Shown: positions 1-9,628 of the stretch, in pieces | Layout: every line of letters begins with the position of its first letter | Position numbering within the stretch: position 1 is the stretch's first letter | NCBI GenBank assembly: GCA_965369655.1 | Contig: CBDUQR010000002.1 | Span: forward strand, 44,848 to 108,847 | DNA from: an uncultured bacterium | GTDB taxonomy: Bacteria > Zixibacteria > MSB-5A5 > JAABVY01 > JAHJOQ01 | Direction of reading: 5' to 3' | Length of the DNA stretch: 64,000 nucleotides | Program-made: the position numbers and the translations under genes | The notes under the pieces: generated by a model | The model's database searches: none | What the model saw: only the letters and a program-made list of their open reading frames with translations | Told to the model about the DNA's origin: nothing

Positions 1-748
1 CAGCAGAGAAGACAACGCCTTTGATAGCCGCACGGCGTTCTTCAATTGTCGAGATGGGCAAATCCTTTTCGTAAACAGGTCGATAAGCGATGACTGCCAG
101 TTTGTTACTCTGCTCGCATGGTATTAGTATCGGACCAGTGATCGTAGACTGGTCTAAATCACGCGCTCGCTCAATCGCTTTGCGCTGGCTCGGTTTCGAG
201 AACATATCCAAGCCCATCGCCCAATCGAGCTGCGGCAAGTGATACAGAACCGGATAGTACTCCTCGCGAGCAGGCGCGACTGCTGTGTCACCCAAATGAG
301 AACCATCGTGGATATTGCAGTTAGCCAACCCTTCAACTTGCAGAGCTCGCTCAAAGTCGCTGCGGTTTGCGTGAGTTATGCGGGGCGCCCAGCCAAAAGC
401 GTCGATTTCGGGGTGATTCACGAGTGCAGGTGCGGTAAACTGGATGAATTCATCACGGTCCACGAATTGCGAGCCGTCATAGAATCGCCCGAGAGCTTTG
501 AGTTCGTCCAGGTGTCGATTAGCTTTATTCTCAAAGAGCAAACATCGTGTCTCGGCCAGTCGTTCGAAATCGAACTTGCGCAGCTCCCTCTCCCAGCTTC
601 CCACCAGTATACATGCTATTACGGACAACATTATTCCGATGAGCGCAGCAAACACTGCAGTATTCTGCCGCACGCGACCGGGTCGTGGATATTCCTCGTG
701 GTTCTCAGCGTGAGGAAGGCTTCGGCCAAATGACTCTGTCTTACTCAC
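1..748 (-). CDS. CHASE-domain membrane sensor protein, 5' part (runs off the left edge; not in ORF track)
   Basis: Manual translation from GTG 748 (GAGGGGG upstream) is open to base 1: MSKTESF...TM helix (AVFAALIGIMLSVIACILVG)...VDRDEFIQF...AFGWAPRI...EEYYPVLY...AMGLDMFS...RKAIERARD...VIAYRPVY...TIEERRAAIKGVV, which are typical CHASE motifs. Confidence 0.85.
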   Translation of the reverse strand, partial: MSKTESFGRSLPHAENHEEYPRPGRVRQNTAVFAALIGIMLSVIACILVGSWERELRKFDFERLAETRCLLFENKANRHLDELKALGRFYDGSQFVDRDEFIQFTAPALVNHPEIDAFGWAPRITHANRSDFERALQVEGLANCNIHDGSHLGDTAVAPAREEYYPVLYHLPQLDWAMGLDMFSKPSQRKAIERARDLDQSTITGPILIPCEQSNKLAVIAYRPVYEKDLPISTIEERRAAIKGVVFSA

Positions 749-1031
749 CGGTTGTCTACTCCCCCTCAGTTAGCGCGGCGCCAACGAAGTCAGGATGGCA
801 TGCTCCCGGAGCGCTTCTCGATGTCAGTGCGTTGGAGAAAACTCTTTTGTTTGTATCGGCAGATTGTGCGATAATTACACTCGCTCCGGTCCAAGTCACA
901 CCTGCTGCGCCCTGCAAACGGTTGAGATATACACCGCATGAACGCGCGACGATGTTTTTTCGGTTTATTTCGCGGCGGTATTTAGTTATATATAATGGTT
1001 AGGTATGGTATTTTGAGAAGCGAGGTGAATT

Positions 1032-1916
1032 ATGTATTACGATAGAGATCCCAGGTGGAAATTGAAAGTCGGGCTGGCCGAGATGCTGAAGGGCGGCGTC
1101 ATAATGGATGTCACGAATGCCGAGCAAGCCAAAATCGCTGAGGATGCCGGCGCTGTCGCGGTCATGGCGCTCGAACGCGTGCCTTCCGATATTCGCGCAC
1201 AGGGCGGCGTTGCGAGGATGGCAAACGTCGAGGTCATCCAGAAAATAAAGGAAACTGTTTCCATCCCGGTCATGGCCAAGTGCAGGATCGGTCATTTCGC
1301 CGAAGCGCAGGTACTTCAGGAACTCGAAGTCGACTACGTGGACGAATCCGAAGTGCTGACGCCCGCCGACGAGCAGTTCCATGTCGACAAGTGGCCGTAC
1401 AAGGTGCCATTCGTGTGCGGTTGCAGGAATCTCGGAGAGGCGCTCAGACGAATCTCCGAAGGCGCAGCGATGATTCGTACAAAGGGCGAGGCAGGTTCCG
1501 GCAATATCGTCGAGGCTGTCAGACATATGCGCATGGTGATGTCCCATATCAGGCGGTTGCAGGCAATGAATCCTGAAGAGTTAAAGAACGAAGCTCAGGA
1601 GATGAGAGTACCGATTGAAATCGTAACTGAGACCGCGAAACTCGGTAAGCTTCCGGTACCCAATTTCGCAGCGGGTGGAATCGCTACTCCGGCGGATACA
1701 TCGCTGATGATGCAACTCGGCGCAGAGGCAGTGTTCGTTGGCAGTGGCATCTTCAAGTCCTCCGATCCGCCCAAACGAGCCAGGGCTATTGTCGAAGCGA
1801 CCACGCACTGGGATAATCCGAAAGCTGTGCTCGATGCCACACGGCCGCTCGGTGACGCGATGGAAGGACTTGACATCAGAGAGATTCCTGAAGACAAACT
1901 TCTCCAGACAAGATAG
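1032..1916 (+). CDS. pdxS: Pyridoxal 5'-phosphate synthase lyase subunit
   Basis: [36 protein letters not shown] and [11 protein letters not shown] motifs; SD GAGGTG. Confidence 0.98.
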   Translation: MYYDRDPRWKLKVGLAEMLKGGVIMDVTNAEQAKIAEDAGAVAVMALERVPSDIRAQGGVARMANVEVIQKIKETVSIPVMAKCRIGHFAEAQVLQELEVDYVDESEVLTPADEQFHVDKWPYKVPFVCGCRNLGEALRRISEGAAMIRTKGEAGSGNIVEAVRHMRMVMSHIRRLQAMNPEELKNEAQEMRVPIEIVTETAKLGKLPVPNFAAGGIATPADTSLMMQLGAEAVFVGSGIFKSSDPPKRARAIVEATTHWDNPKAVLDATRPLGDAMEGLDIREIPEDKLLQTR

Positions 1917-1985
1917 TATTGGGGTCGATGATATTTGTTATTCGATACCGGCAGTTTTCTGCCGGTATCTGATTTTGGACAACTT

Positions 1986-2555
1986 GTGAGTAAAGATACG
2001 GTCGGCATACTGGCTCTGCAGGGTGACTTCGAGATGCATCGACAGATGTTCGAGCGCATCGGTGCGTCGGTATCGCTTGTCAGGACCTCCGATGAACTGG
2101 ATCGTGTGGGCAGGCTCGTGATCCCCGGCGGTGAATCGAGTACGATGTTTCTACTGATCAAACGGTATGACCTGATGCAGCCCATTCTCAGATTCGCGTC
2201 CGACAGGCCGATTTGGGGAACATGCGCCGGGCTGCTTCTGCTGGCGGCGCGAATCGATGATCCTCAGATATCACCATTCGGTCTGATCGATATAGGCGCG
2301 TCCAGAAACGCCTATGGTCGCCAGATCGAATCGTTCGTTGCCGACGGCGTTCTCCGGCTCGACAAATCCGAAAAACCGTATGAGATGGTGTTTATTCGCG
2401 CGCCGAAGATCGTGAGTATCTCAGAAAGCGTCGATGTCATCGGATGGTGCGGCAATGAGATCACTATGGCGAGGCAGGGTAGAATCTTAGTGACGGCATT
2501 TCACCCGGAATTAACTGAAGATACGGCGATTCACGAGTATTATCTCAGCATGTGA
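1986..2555 (+). CDS. pdxT: PLP synthase glutaminase subunit (GTG 1986 preferred over 1935)
   Basis: GILALQG, IPGGES, GTCAGL, RNAYGRQ, FIRAP and FHPEL motifs; follows pdxS. Confidence 0.96.
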   Translation: MSKDTVGILALQGDFEMHRQMFERIGASVSLVRTSDELDRVGRLVIPGGESSTMFLLIKRYDLMQPILRFASDRPIWGTCAGLLLLAARIDDPQISPFGLIDIGASRNAYGRQIESFVADGVLRLDKSEKPYEMVFIRAPKIVSISESVDVIGWCGNEITMARQGRILVTAFHPELTEDTAIHEYYLSM

Positions 2556-2629
2556 TGCTGGTCTGAGCATGACACCAGTGACGTCGGATAGGTGGCCGAG
2601 TCGAGTGTCTTCGGACGCTTGGACACAGA

Positions 2630-3421
2630 TTACATCTCGTCAGCTTCGACAAACATCGTAATTCCCGCGAATTTGTCGTCTTTATCCAGTACCGGGATTG
2701 TGCGAATCCTGGCGTTGAGGGGCTTGATTCCATTACCGCGCAGGTTCAGAGTTCCCTTGAATCTCTTCTTGTGGCTGTTCAGCATCAGCTTGGTGACCGC
2801 TTTTTCCGGATTGCTTTCATCGAGTATCATTGCCAGCGGCACGCCGATAAGAGCCTGTTCGTCGACGTGGAACAGCTTTGCCGCCTTTGTGTTCATGAAT
2901 GTTATTCTCTCGGAATTATCAACTTTAATTATTGCCGAAGGGACTTCCTGTAACACGTCTTCAAGTTCCCGAATTCTCGCCTTGTCATTCTTGAGACTCG
3001 TGATTTCGACAAGTGTTCCGAGAATGGCGGGAGAGCCTTCGTACGTGCAACGTACTCCTCGAACAAGTGCATCGATGATGCTCCCGTCTTTCCTGACGAG
3101 TTTCAGTTCATATTCCTCGATTTGCGATTCGCCAGTGAGCCGTTTGCGAGCTCTTCGCTGCATCTCGTCCCAGGAACTCGGCCCGATAACCATCCTGAGT
3201 TCGATAGGACTGAGATCATCATCGTCATAACCAAGCATTTCGCGGATGTATGGATTATAGAAGAGAAGATGGGATTGGTTGATTATGTATATCCCGACAA
3301 GCGCGTTCTCGACGAGAGTTTTGTACTTTTGTTCGGACTCGACCACGAGTTGTCTGACAACCTTCTGCGTGTCTATATCCCGAATTGTTTCCTCGAGAAA
3401 ACTGCCTTTTGCCAATTCCAA
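2630..3421 (-). CDS. Tandem PAS-domain protein with no output domain
   Basis: SEQKYKTLVENALVGIY...RKDGSII PAS/PAC motif, then a second PAS (VPSAIIKVDNSERITFMN). Confidence 0.85.
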   Translation of the reverse strand: MELAKGSFLEETIRDIDTQKVVRQLVVESEQKYKTLVENALVGIYIINQSHLLFYNPYIREMLGYDDDDLSPIELRMVIGPSSWDEMQRRARKRLTGESQIEEYELKLVRKDGSIIDALVRGVRCTYEGSPAILGTLVEITSLKNDKARIRELEDVLQEVPSAIIKVDNSERITFMNTKAAKLFHVDEQALIGVPLAMILDESNPEKAVTKLMLNSHKKRFKGTLNLRGNGIKPLNARIRTIPVLDKDDKFAGITMFVEADEM

Positions 3422-3535
3422 ACCCCGCTGTTGAGTGGTTTGCTACAACTTGTTGTTGATAATGATGTTGTCGGCAGAAGGAGAAGATTCTTTACGGCCC
3501 GTGATTCGTCGTCAAAAGTTGCAGTATGAAACCCC

Positions 3536-4039
3536 TTATTCCAATTCCTTGAAAGCTCTGATTATCAGGTGAGGAGAATCGGCTTGCATGATGCTGTCGA
3601 TGAATCCGGGGTGCTCCATCTTTTCGGCAAGCGCCTTGAAGACTTTGAGATAGAGAGTGTCATCGTACGGGGGGGCAGCCATACAGAAGAAAAGCCTGAC
3701 CGGCAGACCGTCGGGGGCGTCGAACTCGTAGCCTTCAGAGTGTCGCCCGATGGCGATTACGAATTCTTTGGCCTGCATTGTCCTGACATGGGGGACTGCG
3801 ATATGATTTCCGATTGCTGTCGTGGCCTGTTTCTCGCGGTTGATGAGGTCCAATGTTAACTTGTTCTTGTTCGAAACCTTACCCGAAGTATCAAGCAATT
3901 CGACGAGTTCACGGATTATTGTCTCCTTCATCGAATTGACTTCTTTTCTTGTATGGCCATTATCGGGATCCGGGGGCTCGAAATCGCTGTCCATCCGCAA
4001 CTTGATGCGTTCCGGCCTCATGTATCTCGATATGTTCAA
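3536..4039 (-). CDS. PTS EIIA (Ntr/fructose-type) domain protein
   Basis: LINREKQATTAIGNHIAVPHVR with the phospho-His, and FDAPDGLPVRLFF. Confidence 0.9.
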   Translation of the reverse strand: MNISRYMRPERIKLRMDSDFEPPDPDNGHTRKEVNSMKETIIRELVELLDTSGKVSNKNKLTLDLINREKQATTAIGNHIAVPHVRTMQAKEFVIAIGRHSEGYEFDAPDGLPVRLFFCMAAPPYDDTLYLKVFKALAEKMEHPGFIDSIMQADSPHLIIRAFKELE

Positions 4040-4246
4040 GCTAATCCTTTCATCAGTACAATGTTACGTCAATACTTGTATCGCACGATACCGCCGAATA
4101 CTTGAATAGTCAATTAGAAAATCTTGACGATAATGTCGCGATGAGGGGTAGGTGGCTGCGACTACGTTTCTGCACTTAGTTTGAGCAGGTCACGTAACTC
4201 ATTGTCCTGAAGTACGCTCATGGAAATAGTTGATCCAAGTTTTCTC

Positions 4247-4274
4247 TTGACACATTGCGTGTACCTGTTATATT
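4247..4274 (+). promoter_or_regulatory. Sigma70-type promoter for the large secreted protein gene
   Basis: TTGACA-16 nt-TATATT with a TG extension; implies a leader of about 250 nt. Confidence 0.55.
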
Positions 4275-4531
4275 GAGCATGTTGATTATGGTCCGCTCTC
4301 GGGGGATGGCGGATAGCGGCTGACTGACGGCCGCAGTTGTTCGTAATTACTCGCTTCGTCTGTACCCTTCGTCGAGTTGCATGTGCTTGAGGCTCGAAAG
4401 TTTTGTTCAAGAATACAATGTATGTAGGATTCCAAATTGCTGATAAGGAGGTGAAACAGCACAGGAGTTTATGTGGGGTTTGGTCTGAGGACCACACTTA
4501 TTTTTTAAGACTTGACAACAGGAGGATTTCA

Positions 4532-7500
4532 ATGAAATCTGCGAAATTCTTAGCAATCTTTGTGGTACTTGCGGTTCTCTTTGCCGTTCCTGCGTTCGCG
4601 CAGGATACTGGCGTTCTGGACACCGTCCGCTGGGTACCGGAGAGTACGACGTGGACGATCGATGCCGCAGGAGATTCGCTCTTCTCGATCGAGGTCTTTG
4701 GCTGGACGGACCAGAGTATTACAGCTCTTTCACTCGGTTTCAAGATCCCGACGAGCTCCGGTGGCGGCACCGGTCATGATGATTCGCTGATAGTGGTTGA
4801 TTCATTTAATTTCACTATGTCGACGGGCTTTCCAGTACCATGGGCCTGGAGCGCGGTGGATTCAGCGCGCTTCGCAGATGATTTTCTACGGCACAGCTTG
4901 TACAATGGCATCCTGCTCGGACGGATCATGCCGACCTTCCCTGCGAATACATCATCTAAGATTGGTGATCTGTTCATCAATATCCCTGATCCCACCTTGC
5001 TGCCATGTGAGTTCGACATAGCTATCGACTCGGTCTTTTTCCCGCCTGCTGGGGCTTTCAAGTTCTCTCCCTCTGGCGGCTCAGGCTACGCGCCTGAGTA
5101 TGTAGGTGCGACAATTCATGTGGTGAACAATATCTGTATTCCTGATGAGGAACCGACAATTTACCTCAATCCGACAAGCTTTACATTTAACGCTGTCGAG
5201 AATGGTTCCAATCCGGTCGCGCAATCACTCAGTATCATTAATACAGGTTCTGGAACACTGAACTGGACAGCATCAGTTGATCAGACATGGTTGACTCTTG
5301 CCGCATACAGTGGTACAGGAGATGGTGCAGTAAATGTATTAGCTAATAGAGGTAGTTTGACTGCTGGCACTTACAATGGTACGGTGACAGTGTCTGATCC
5401 TGCGGCGACGAATAATCCGCAGACAGCATCAGTGACATTTATCATTGCACCGGCTCCACCTGAGATCGTGCTCGATACGACGAGCTTTACGTTCGATGCA
5501 ATTGAAGGTGGACCGAATCCGGATGATGATACTCTCTGGATCTCAAATGGCGGTGGTGGAACGCTCGACTGGTCGGTTGGCGATGATGCAACCTGGCTGA
5601 CCACTACTCCCGTTGCGGGTACCGGAGACGGATACACCGTCCTGAGCGTGAATGTCTCAGGCCAGCAAGTCGGCACTCACGTTGCGACTGTTTTTGTCAC
5701 CGATCCTGCCGCAAGCAATACTCCTCAGACGGTTGATGTTACACTGAATATTGTATGCGACCCATCTGAGATAGAGGTGACTCCGTTGAGTTTCACATTC
5801 GATGCTGTCGAAGGTGGACCGAATCCACCGGCACAGAATATGTTAATTGGAAGTAGTGGTTCTTGCGACGTCAATTGGACTGCAACGATTATAGCTGGAT
5901 GGCTTTCACTTTCTGAATATTCCGGAACTGCGGCGTCGAGTGTCGATATTTCTGTGGACATCTTGGGATTAGACGCCGGTACTTATGAAGATACTATCGT
6001 GATTTCACACGATGGGATCAATGAAAGTCCCGTTAAAGTTCCAGTGACGCTGTATGTTAATTGCATTCCGGCAGAGTTGGAGACTTCACCATCGAGCTTC
6101 GCTTTTGATGCTCAGGAGGATGGCGCAAATCCGACCCCGCAGATCCTGCACATTACAAATGGTGGGACTTGTGAACTATATTGGGGTGCAAGTAATTCTC
6201 AGCCCTGGCTCACGCTTTCTGATTACTCTGGAACTGGCCCCATTGATATCGATGTCATGGTTGATATAACCAGCATGACTGCTGGCGAGTACCACGATAC
6301 GATTGTCGTATTCGATGATGGCAGTCAAATTGACACCATACCTGTTGTGCTCACAATCGGTACAGAGCCGCTGTTGATGGTTGCGCCGAGCGAGCTCAAT
6401 TTCACCGCTCCGGATGGCGGACCGAATCCTGCTTCTCAGGATGTTGATATTACATCGACCGACTCGCCTGATACGGAGCTTGAGTGGGTCGTTATTGAGC
6501 CTGGCAAGCCTATCGCCTGGTTGAGTTATGATCCGGCTTTGGGCACCACCCCTTCGGTTATGACTGTCAGTGTAAATATGGATGGGCTGTCTGCGGGTGT
6601 TTACAACGACAGCATAATGCTTACGAAGAATGTTCCGGACAAGGACGATATCGGCGATACGGTGACTGTCTATGCTGAATTGACGGTTACTGGTGTTCCG
6701 GAAATCGATCTGATTCCGAATTACTTCTTCTTCACCTGGGAAGAGGGTTCACCGATTGTTCCTGATGACCAGGATATGAATATCACCAACACAGGCTCCG
6801 GTACCCTGAACTGGACTCTCTATGATACCGAGCTGATTGGCTGGCTTGATCCGTCGGCGTTTTCAGGTACCGCGCCATCGGTGGTGACACTTTCGATAGA
6901 CACTGGTCCATCACTTACAGCCGGCAACATATATGTTGACACGATTGTAGTTGAATGTGCTGATGCGATCAATCCGCTCGAGATTGCGATTGTCGAGCTT
7001 GAAGTGACCGAACCGCCGGTGCTTGACGACGACACGGTCTGGGTTGGAAATACAAGCGGACTTCCCGGCGAGCAGGTTATCGTTCCTGTGACTTTCGCCA
7101 ACAGTGTATATCTGTCAGGCATCTCACTGCCGCTTATCTTTGACGATATGCTGGCGAAAATCGACAATGGTATTACCTGTGACTCGGTCTCGTTCATCGG
7201 GTCGAGGGTCGACTACATTGGCGCGAAGCCAGTCACGATTGACAATATCAACAAGACTGTACTGGCAGGTGTGATAGTTATTAGCGAGCCGCTAATTCCG
7301 GCAGGCAACGGCCTGATGGCGAACCTGTATTTCTCGATCGCTCCGGGCGCCGCACCGGGAATCGTTCCGATAGACTCGACGTTTATCCTTCCTGCAAACG
7401 AACTGATGTTCGCTGACAGCCTTGGTGGCGCGATCTATCCGGAGTTCTTCTATGGAACAATTGAGATTCTCGAACCACCTTCGACGGCTTGCCTCGAGGT

Positions 7501-9571
7501 CAGCGATGGCTTCTTTGATTTCCAGGCGATTGTAAGCGGTCCGAATCCTTACGATCAGTACCTTGACATCATCAACTGTGGTGATGTGGAACTCAACTGG
7601 GATGCCTGGACTCATGTAGGTACGTGGCTGAGCATCGATCCAACAACGGGAGTGGATGATGCAACGGTGACTCTCTCAGTCGATATTACAGGTCTTCCGG
7701 AAGGTGATTACATCGATTCAATTACTGTTGATGCCGGTGATGCCGACAATTCACCGCAGTACGTACATGTTGACTTGCACGTTGGCCCGCCGTTGTCACA
7801 GTACATCTCAGGCGTCGTGCAGGATCCTGCCGACGTAGTGATTGACGGCGCGACTGTCGAGCTCTGGGATGTGTTCCCCACTGGTACCATCCTCGAGACG
7901 GCAACTTCAGCAGGCGATGGTTCGTTCATGTTCACTGGTTACACAGGTTATTATGTGGTCCGTGCGTACAAGAACGGTTACTATCAGAATTTCATGGATG
8001 TGACCGCGCCAGACGAGGCTGTTGTCATAGTCCTGACGCCGACTGGCACGCCAACTCCTACCAACGAGTGGGTGGATCTCTACTGTGACATGGCCATGTT
8101 CGAGGATTATCCGATCCTCCCGGGTGATGTCGTAGAAGCTTACGATCCGGACGGTATTCTCTGCGGTCAGTATTTCGTCACCGAGATTGGCAAGTACGGC
8201 TTCATGCCGGTCTACCGCGACGACGACTTCACACCTGGTATCGACGAAGGTTGTGATCCGGGTGACGCGATCACGGTGATGCTCAACGGCTTCGATATGA
8301 CTCCGTACCTCGGTGCTCCGTTATTCTGGACCCAGAATGGTGACAGGATCGAAGCATGCTTCGATGGTTACATCATCGACGAGATTTGCATGGATCTCTG
8401 CGAGGGTTGGAACCTGATCTCGTGGAATGTCGATACGGAAGTTGACGACATCGACGTCGTTATGCTTCCGATCATGGATTACATTGACGTCATGCTTGGA
8501 TTCGAACAGGGTGCGTTGACGTTCGATCCCGATTATCCTGAGTTCTCTACGCTCGAGTTTGTCGACCACTACCACGGTTACTGGGTCAAGATGACTCAGG
8601 CTGCCGAGTTCTGCGTATCAGGTTTGCCGGTCGATCCATCGACGCCAATCTCTCTCGAAGAAGGCTGGAACCTTGCGTCCTATCTGCCTGATGGCGTTAT
8701 GGCCACAGAGGAAGCTCTGGTTTCGATTCTTGACGTGCTGATCGTCGCTCTCGGATTCAACTGCGAAGAGGGCGGTATGGTGTACGATCCTGAGAATCCT
8801 GGCATGTCTGACCTCGAATTCCTTGGCCCAGGATTTGGATACTGGTACAAGGTCACTCAGGATGTCATGCTGACCTATCCGAGCGATGTTCCGTGGGCTG
8901 CGATGTTCTCCGGTGAGCCGGACAAGACATCGGCCAAGCTTGCCGTGCTGAAAGATGTTACTCCTACGACTCAGTGGGTGGATATCTTCGGCGGCAATGT
9001 CACGATTGACGGTCGTGCGCTTGCAACCGGTTCGATCGTCGAGGCTGTCGATGAACACGGCGCCGTTTGTGGCGCGTTCGAGATCAAAGCCTCCGGCAGA
9101 CTCGGTTTCATGGCGGTCTATGGCGATGACATGACAACTTCAGATACGTACGAAGGTCCGACTACGGGCGGTACGTTTTACCTCGTGGTGGACGGCATCG
9201 CGACAGAGGAGACATTCGTGTGGACCGGGCACGGCGAGCGTGTCGAGATCGGCGCCCTGAGCTCTCTCGGTGGCGGCGGCGTAACGCTTCCGGATGCTTA
9301 CGTACTGGAGCAGAACTATCCGAACCCGTTCAATCCGAAGACCAGCATCTCGTTCAGCGTCGGTAACGATGCTTATGTGAATCTGGTCGTATACAACCTT
9401 CTTGGCGAAGTTGTGAATGTTCTGGTCGATGAATTCAGAGCCGCCGGCGACTACACGGTCGACTGGAACGGTGACGACCTGAGCGGACGCACAGTCTCTT
9501 CCGGCGTCTACTTCTACAAGCTGACGTCCGGCGACTATACTGAGACCAGGAAGATGATGTTGATGAAGTAA
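4532..9571 (+). CDS. 1679-aa secreted multidomain protein: 2 cohesin-like, 7 BACON/Ig-like, carboxypeptidase-regulatory-like, two copies of an unknown module, 2 GWNL repeats, C-terminal FlgD-Ig/T9SS-like domain
   Basis: SD AGGAGG before ATG 4532; signal peptide MKSAKFLAIF...AFA; repeats PxSFTFxAxEGGPNP...WL...SG; cohesin-like VIVPVTFAN...SGISLPL...LMANLYFSI; C-terminus LEQNYPNPFNP...SGVYFYKL...KMMLMK. Confidence 0.85.
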   Translation: MKSAKFLAIFVVLAVLFAVPAFAQDTGVLDTVRWVPESTTWTIDAAGDSLFSIEVFGWTDQSITALSLGFKIPTSSGGGTGHDDSLIVVDSFNFTMSTGFPVPWAWSAVDSARFADDFLRHSLYNGILLGRIMPTFPANTSSKIGDLFINIPDPTLLPCEFDIAIDSVFFPPAGAFKFSPSGGSGYAPEYVGATIHVVNNICIPDEEPTIYLNPTSFTFNAVENGSNPVAQSLSIINTGSGTLNWTASVDQTWLTLAAYSGTGDGAVNVLANRGSLTAGTYNGTVTVSDPAATNNPQTASVTFIIAPAPPEIVLDTTSFTFDAIEGGPNPDDDTLWISNGGGGTLDWSVGDDATWLTTTPVAGTGDGYTVLSVNVSGQQVGTHVATVFVTDPAASNTPQTVDVTLNIVCDPSEIEVTPLSFTFDAVEGGPNPPAQNMLIGSSGSCDVNWTATIIAGWLSLSEYSGTAASSVDISVDILGLDAGTYEDTIVISHDGINESPVKVPVTLYVNCIPAELETSPSSFAFDAQEDGANPTPQILHITNGGTCELYWGASNSQPWLTLSDYSGTGPIDIDVMVDITSMTAGEYHDTIVVFDDGSQIDTIPVVLTIGTEPLLMVAPSELNFTAPDGGPNPASQDVDITSTDSPDTELEWVVIEPGKPIAWLSYDPALGTTPSVMTVSVNMDGLSAGVYNDSIMLTKNVPDKDDIGDTVTVYAELTVTGVPEIDLIPNYFFFTWEEGSPIVPDDQDMNITNTGSGTLNWTLYDTELIGWLDPSAFSGTAPSVVTLSIDTGPSLTAGNIYVDTIVVECADAINPLEIAIVELEVTEPPVLDDDTVWVGNTSGLPGEQVIVPVTFANSVYLSGISLPLIFDDMLAKIDNGITCDSVSFIGSRVDYIGAKPVTIDNINKTVLAGVIVISEPLIPAGNGLMANLYFSIAPGAAPGIVPIDSTFILPANELMFADSLGGAIYPEFFYGTIEILEPPSTACLEVSDGFFDFQAIVSGPNPYDQYLDIINCGDVELNWDAWTHVGTWLSIDPTTGVDDATVTLSVDITGLPEGDYIDSITVDAGDADNSPQYVHVDLHVGPPLSQYISGVVQDPADVVIDGATVELWDVFPTGTILETATSAGDGSFMFTGYTGYYVVRAYKNGYYQNFMDVTAPDEAVVIVLTPTGTPTPTNEWVDLYCDMAMFEDYPILPGDVVEAYDPDGILCGQYFVTEIGKYGFMPVYRDDDFTPGIDEGCDPGDAITVMLNGFDMTPYLGAPLFWTQNGDRIEACFDGYIIDEICMDLCEGWNLISWNVDTEVDDIDVVMLPIMDYIDVMLGFEQGALTFDPDYPEFSTLEFVDHYHGYWVKMTQAAEFCVSGLPVDPSTPISLEEGWNLASYLPDGVMATEEALVSILDVLIVALGFNCEEGGMVYDPENPGMSDLEFLGPGFGYWYKVTQDVMLTYPSDVPWAAMFSGEPDKTSAKLAVLKDVTPTTQWVDIFGGNVTIDGRALATGSIVEAVDEHGAVCGAFEIKASGRLGFMAVYGDDMTTSDTYEGPTTGGTFYLVVDGIATEETFVWTGHGERVEIGALSSLGGGGVTLPDAYVLEQNYPNPFNPKTSISFSVGNDAYVNLVVYNLLGEVVNVLVDEFRAAGDYTVDWNGDDLSGRTVSSGVYFYKLTSGDYTETRKMMLMK

Positions 9572-9583
9572 CAGCCCTTTAAC

Positions 9584-9614
9584 GGCAGGGCGGTTAGAAC
9601 CCGCCCTGCCCTTT
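9584..9614 (+). terminator. Intergenic hairpin (weak terminator or mRNA stabiliser)
   Basis: GGCAGGGCGG-7 nt loop-CCGCCCTGCC followed by CTTT. Confidence 0.6.
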
Positions 9615-9628
9615 CTCGGAGGTGACTC

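Noticed and set aside
239-1002. Plus-strand ORFs 239-733, 498-713 and 685-1002
   Set aside because: Antisense shadows of the CHASE gene or promoter DNA; no motifs or RBS
4308-4321. ops/JUMPStart antitermination element
   Set aside because: GGCGGATAGCGG matches GGCGGTAG only with an insertion; too weak
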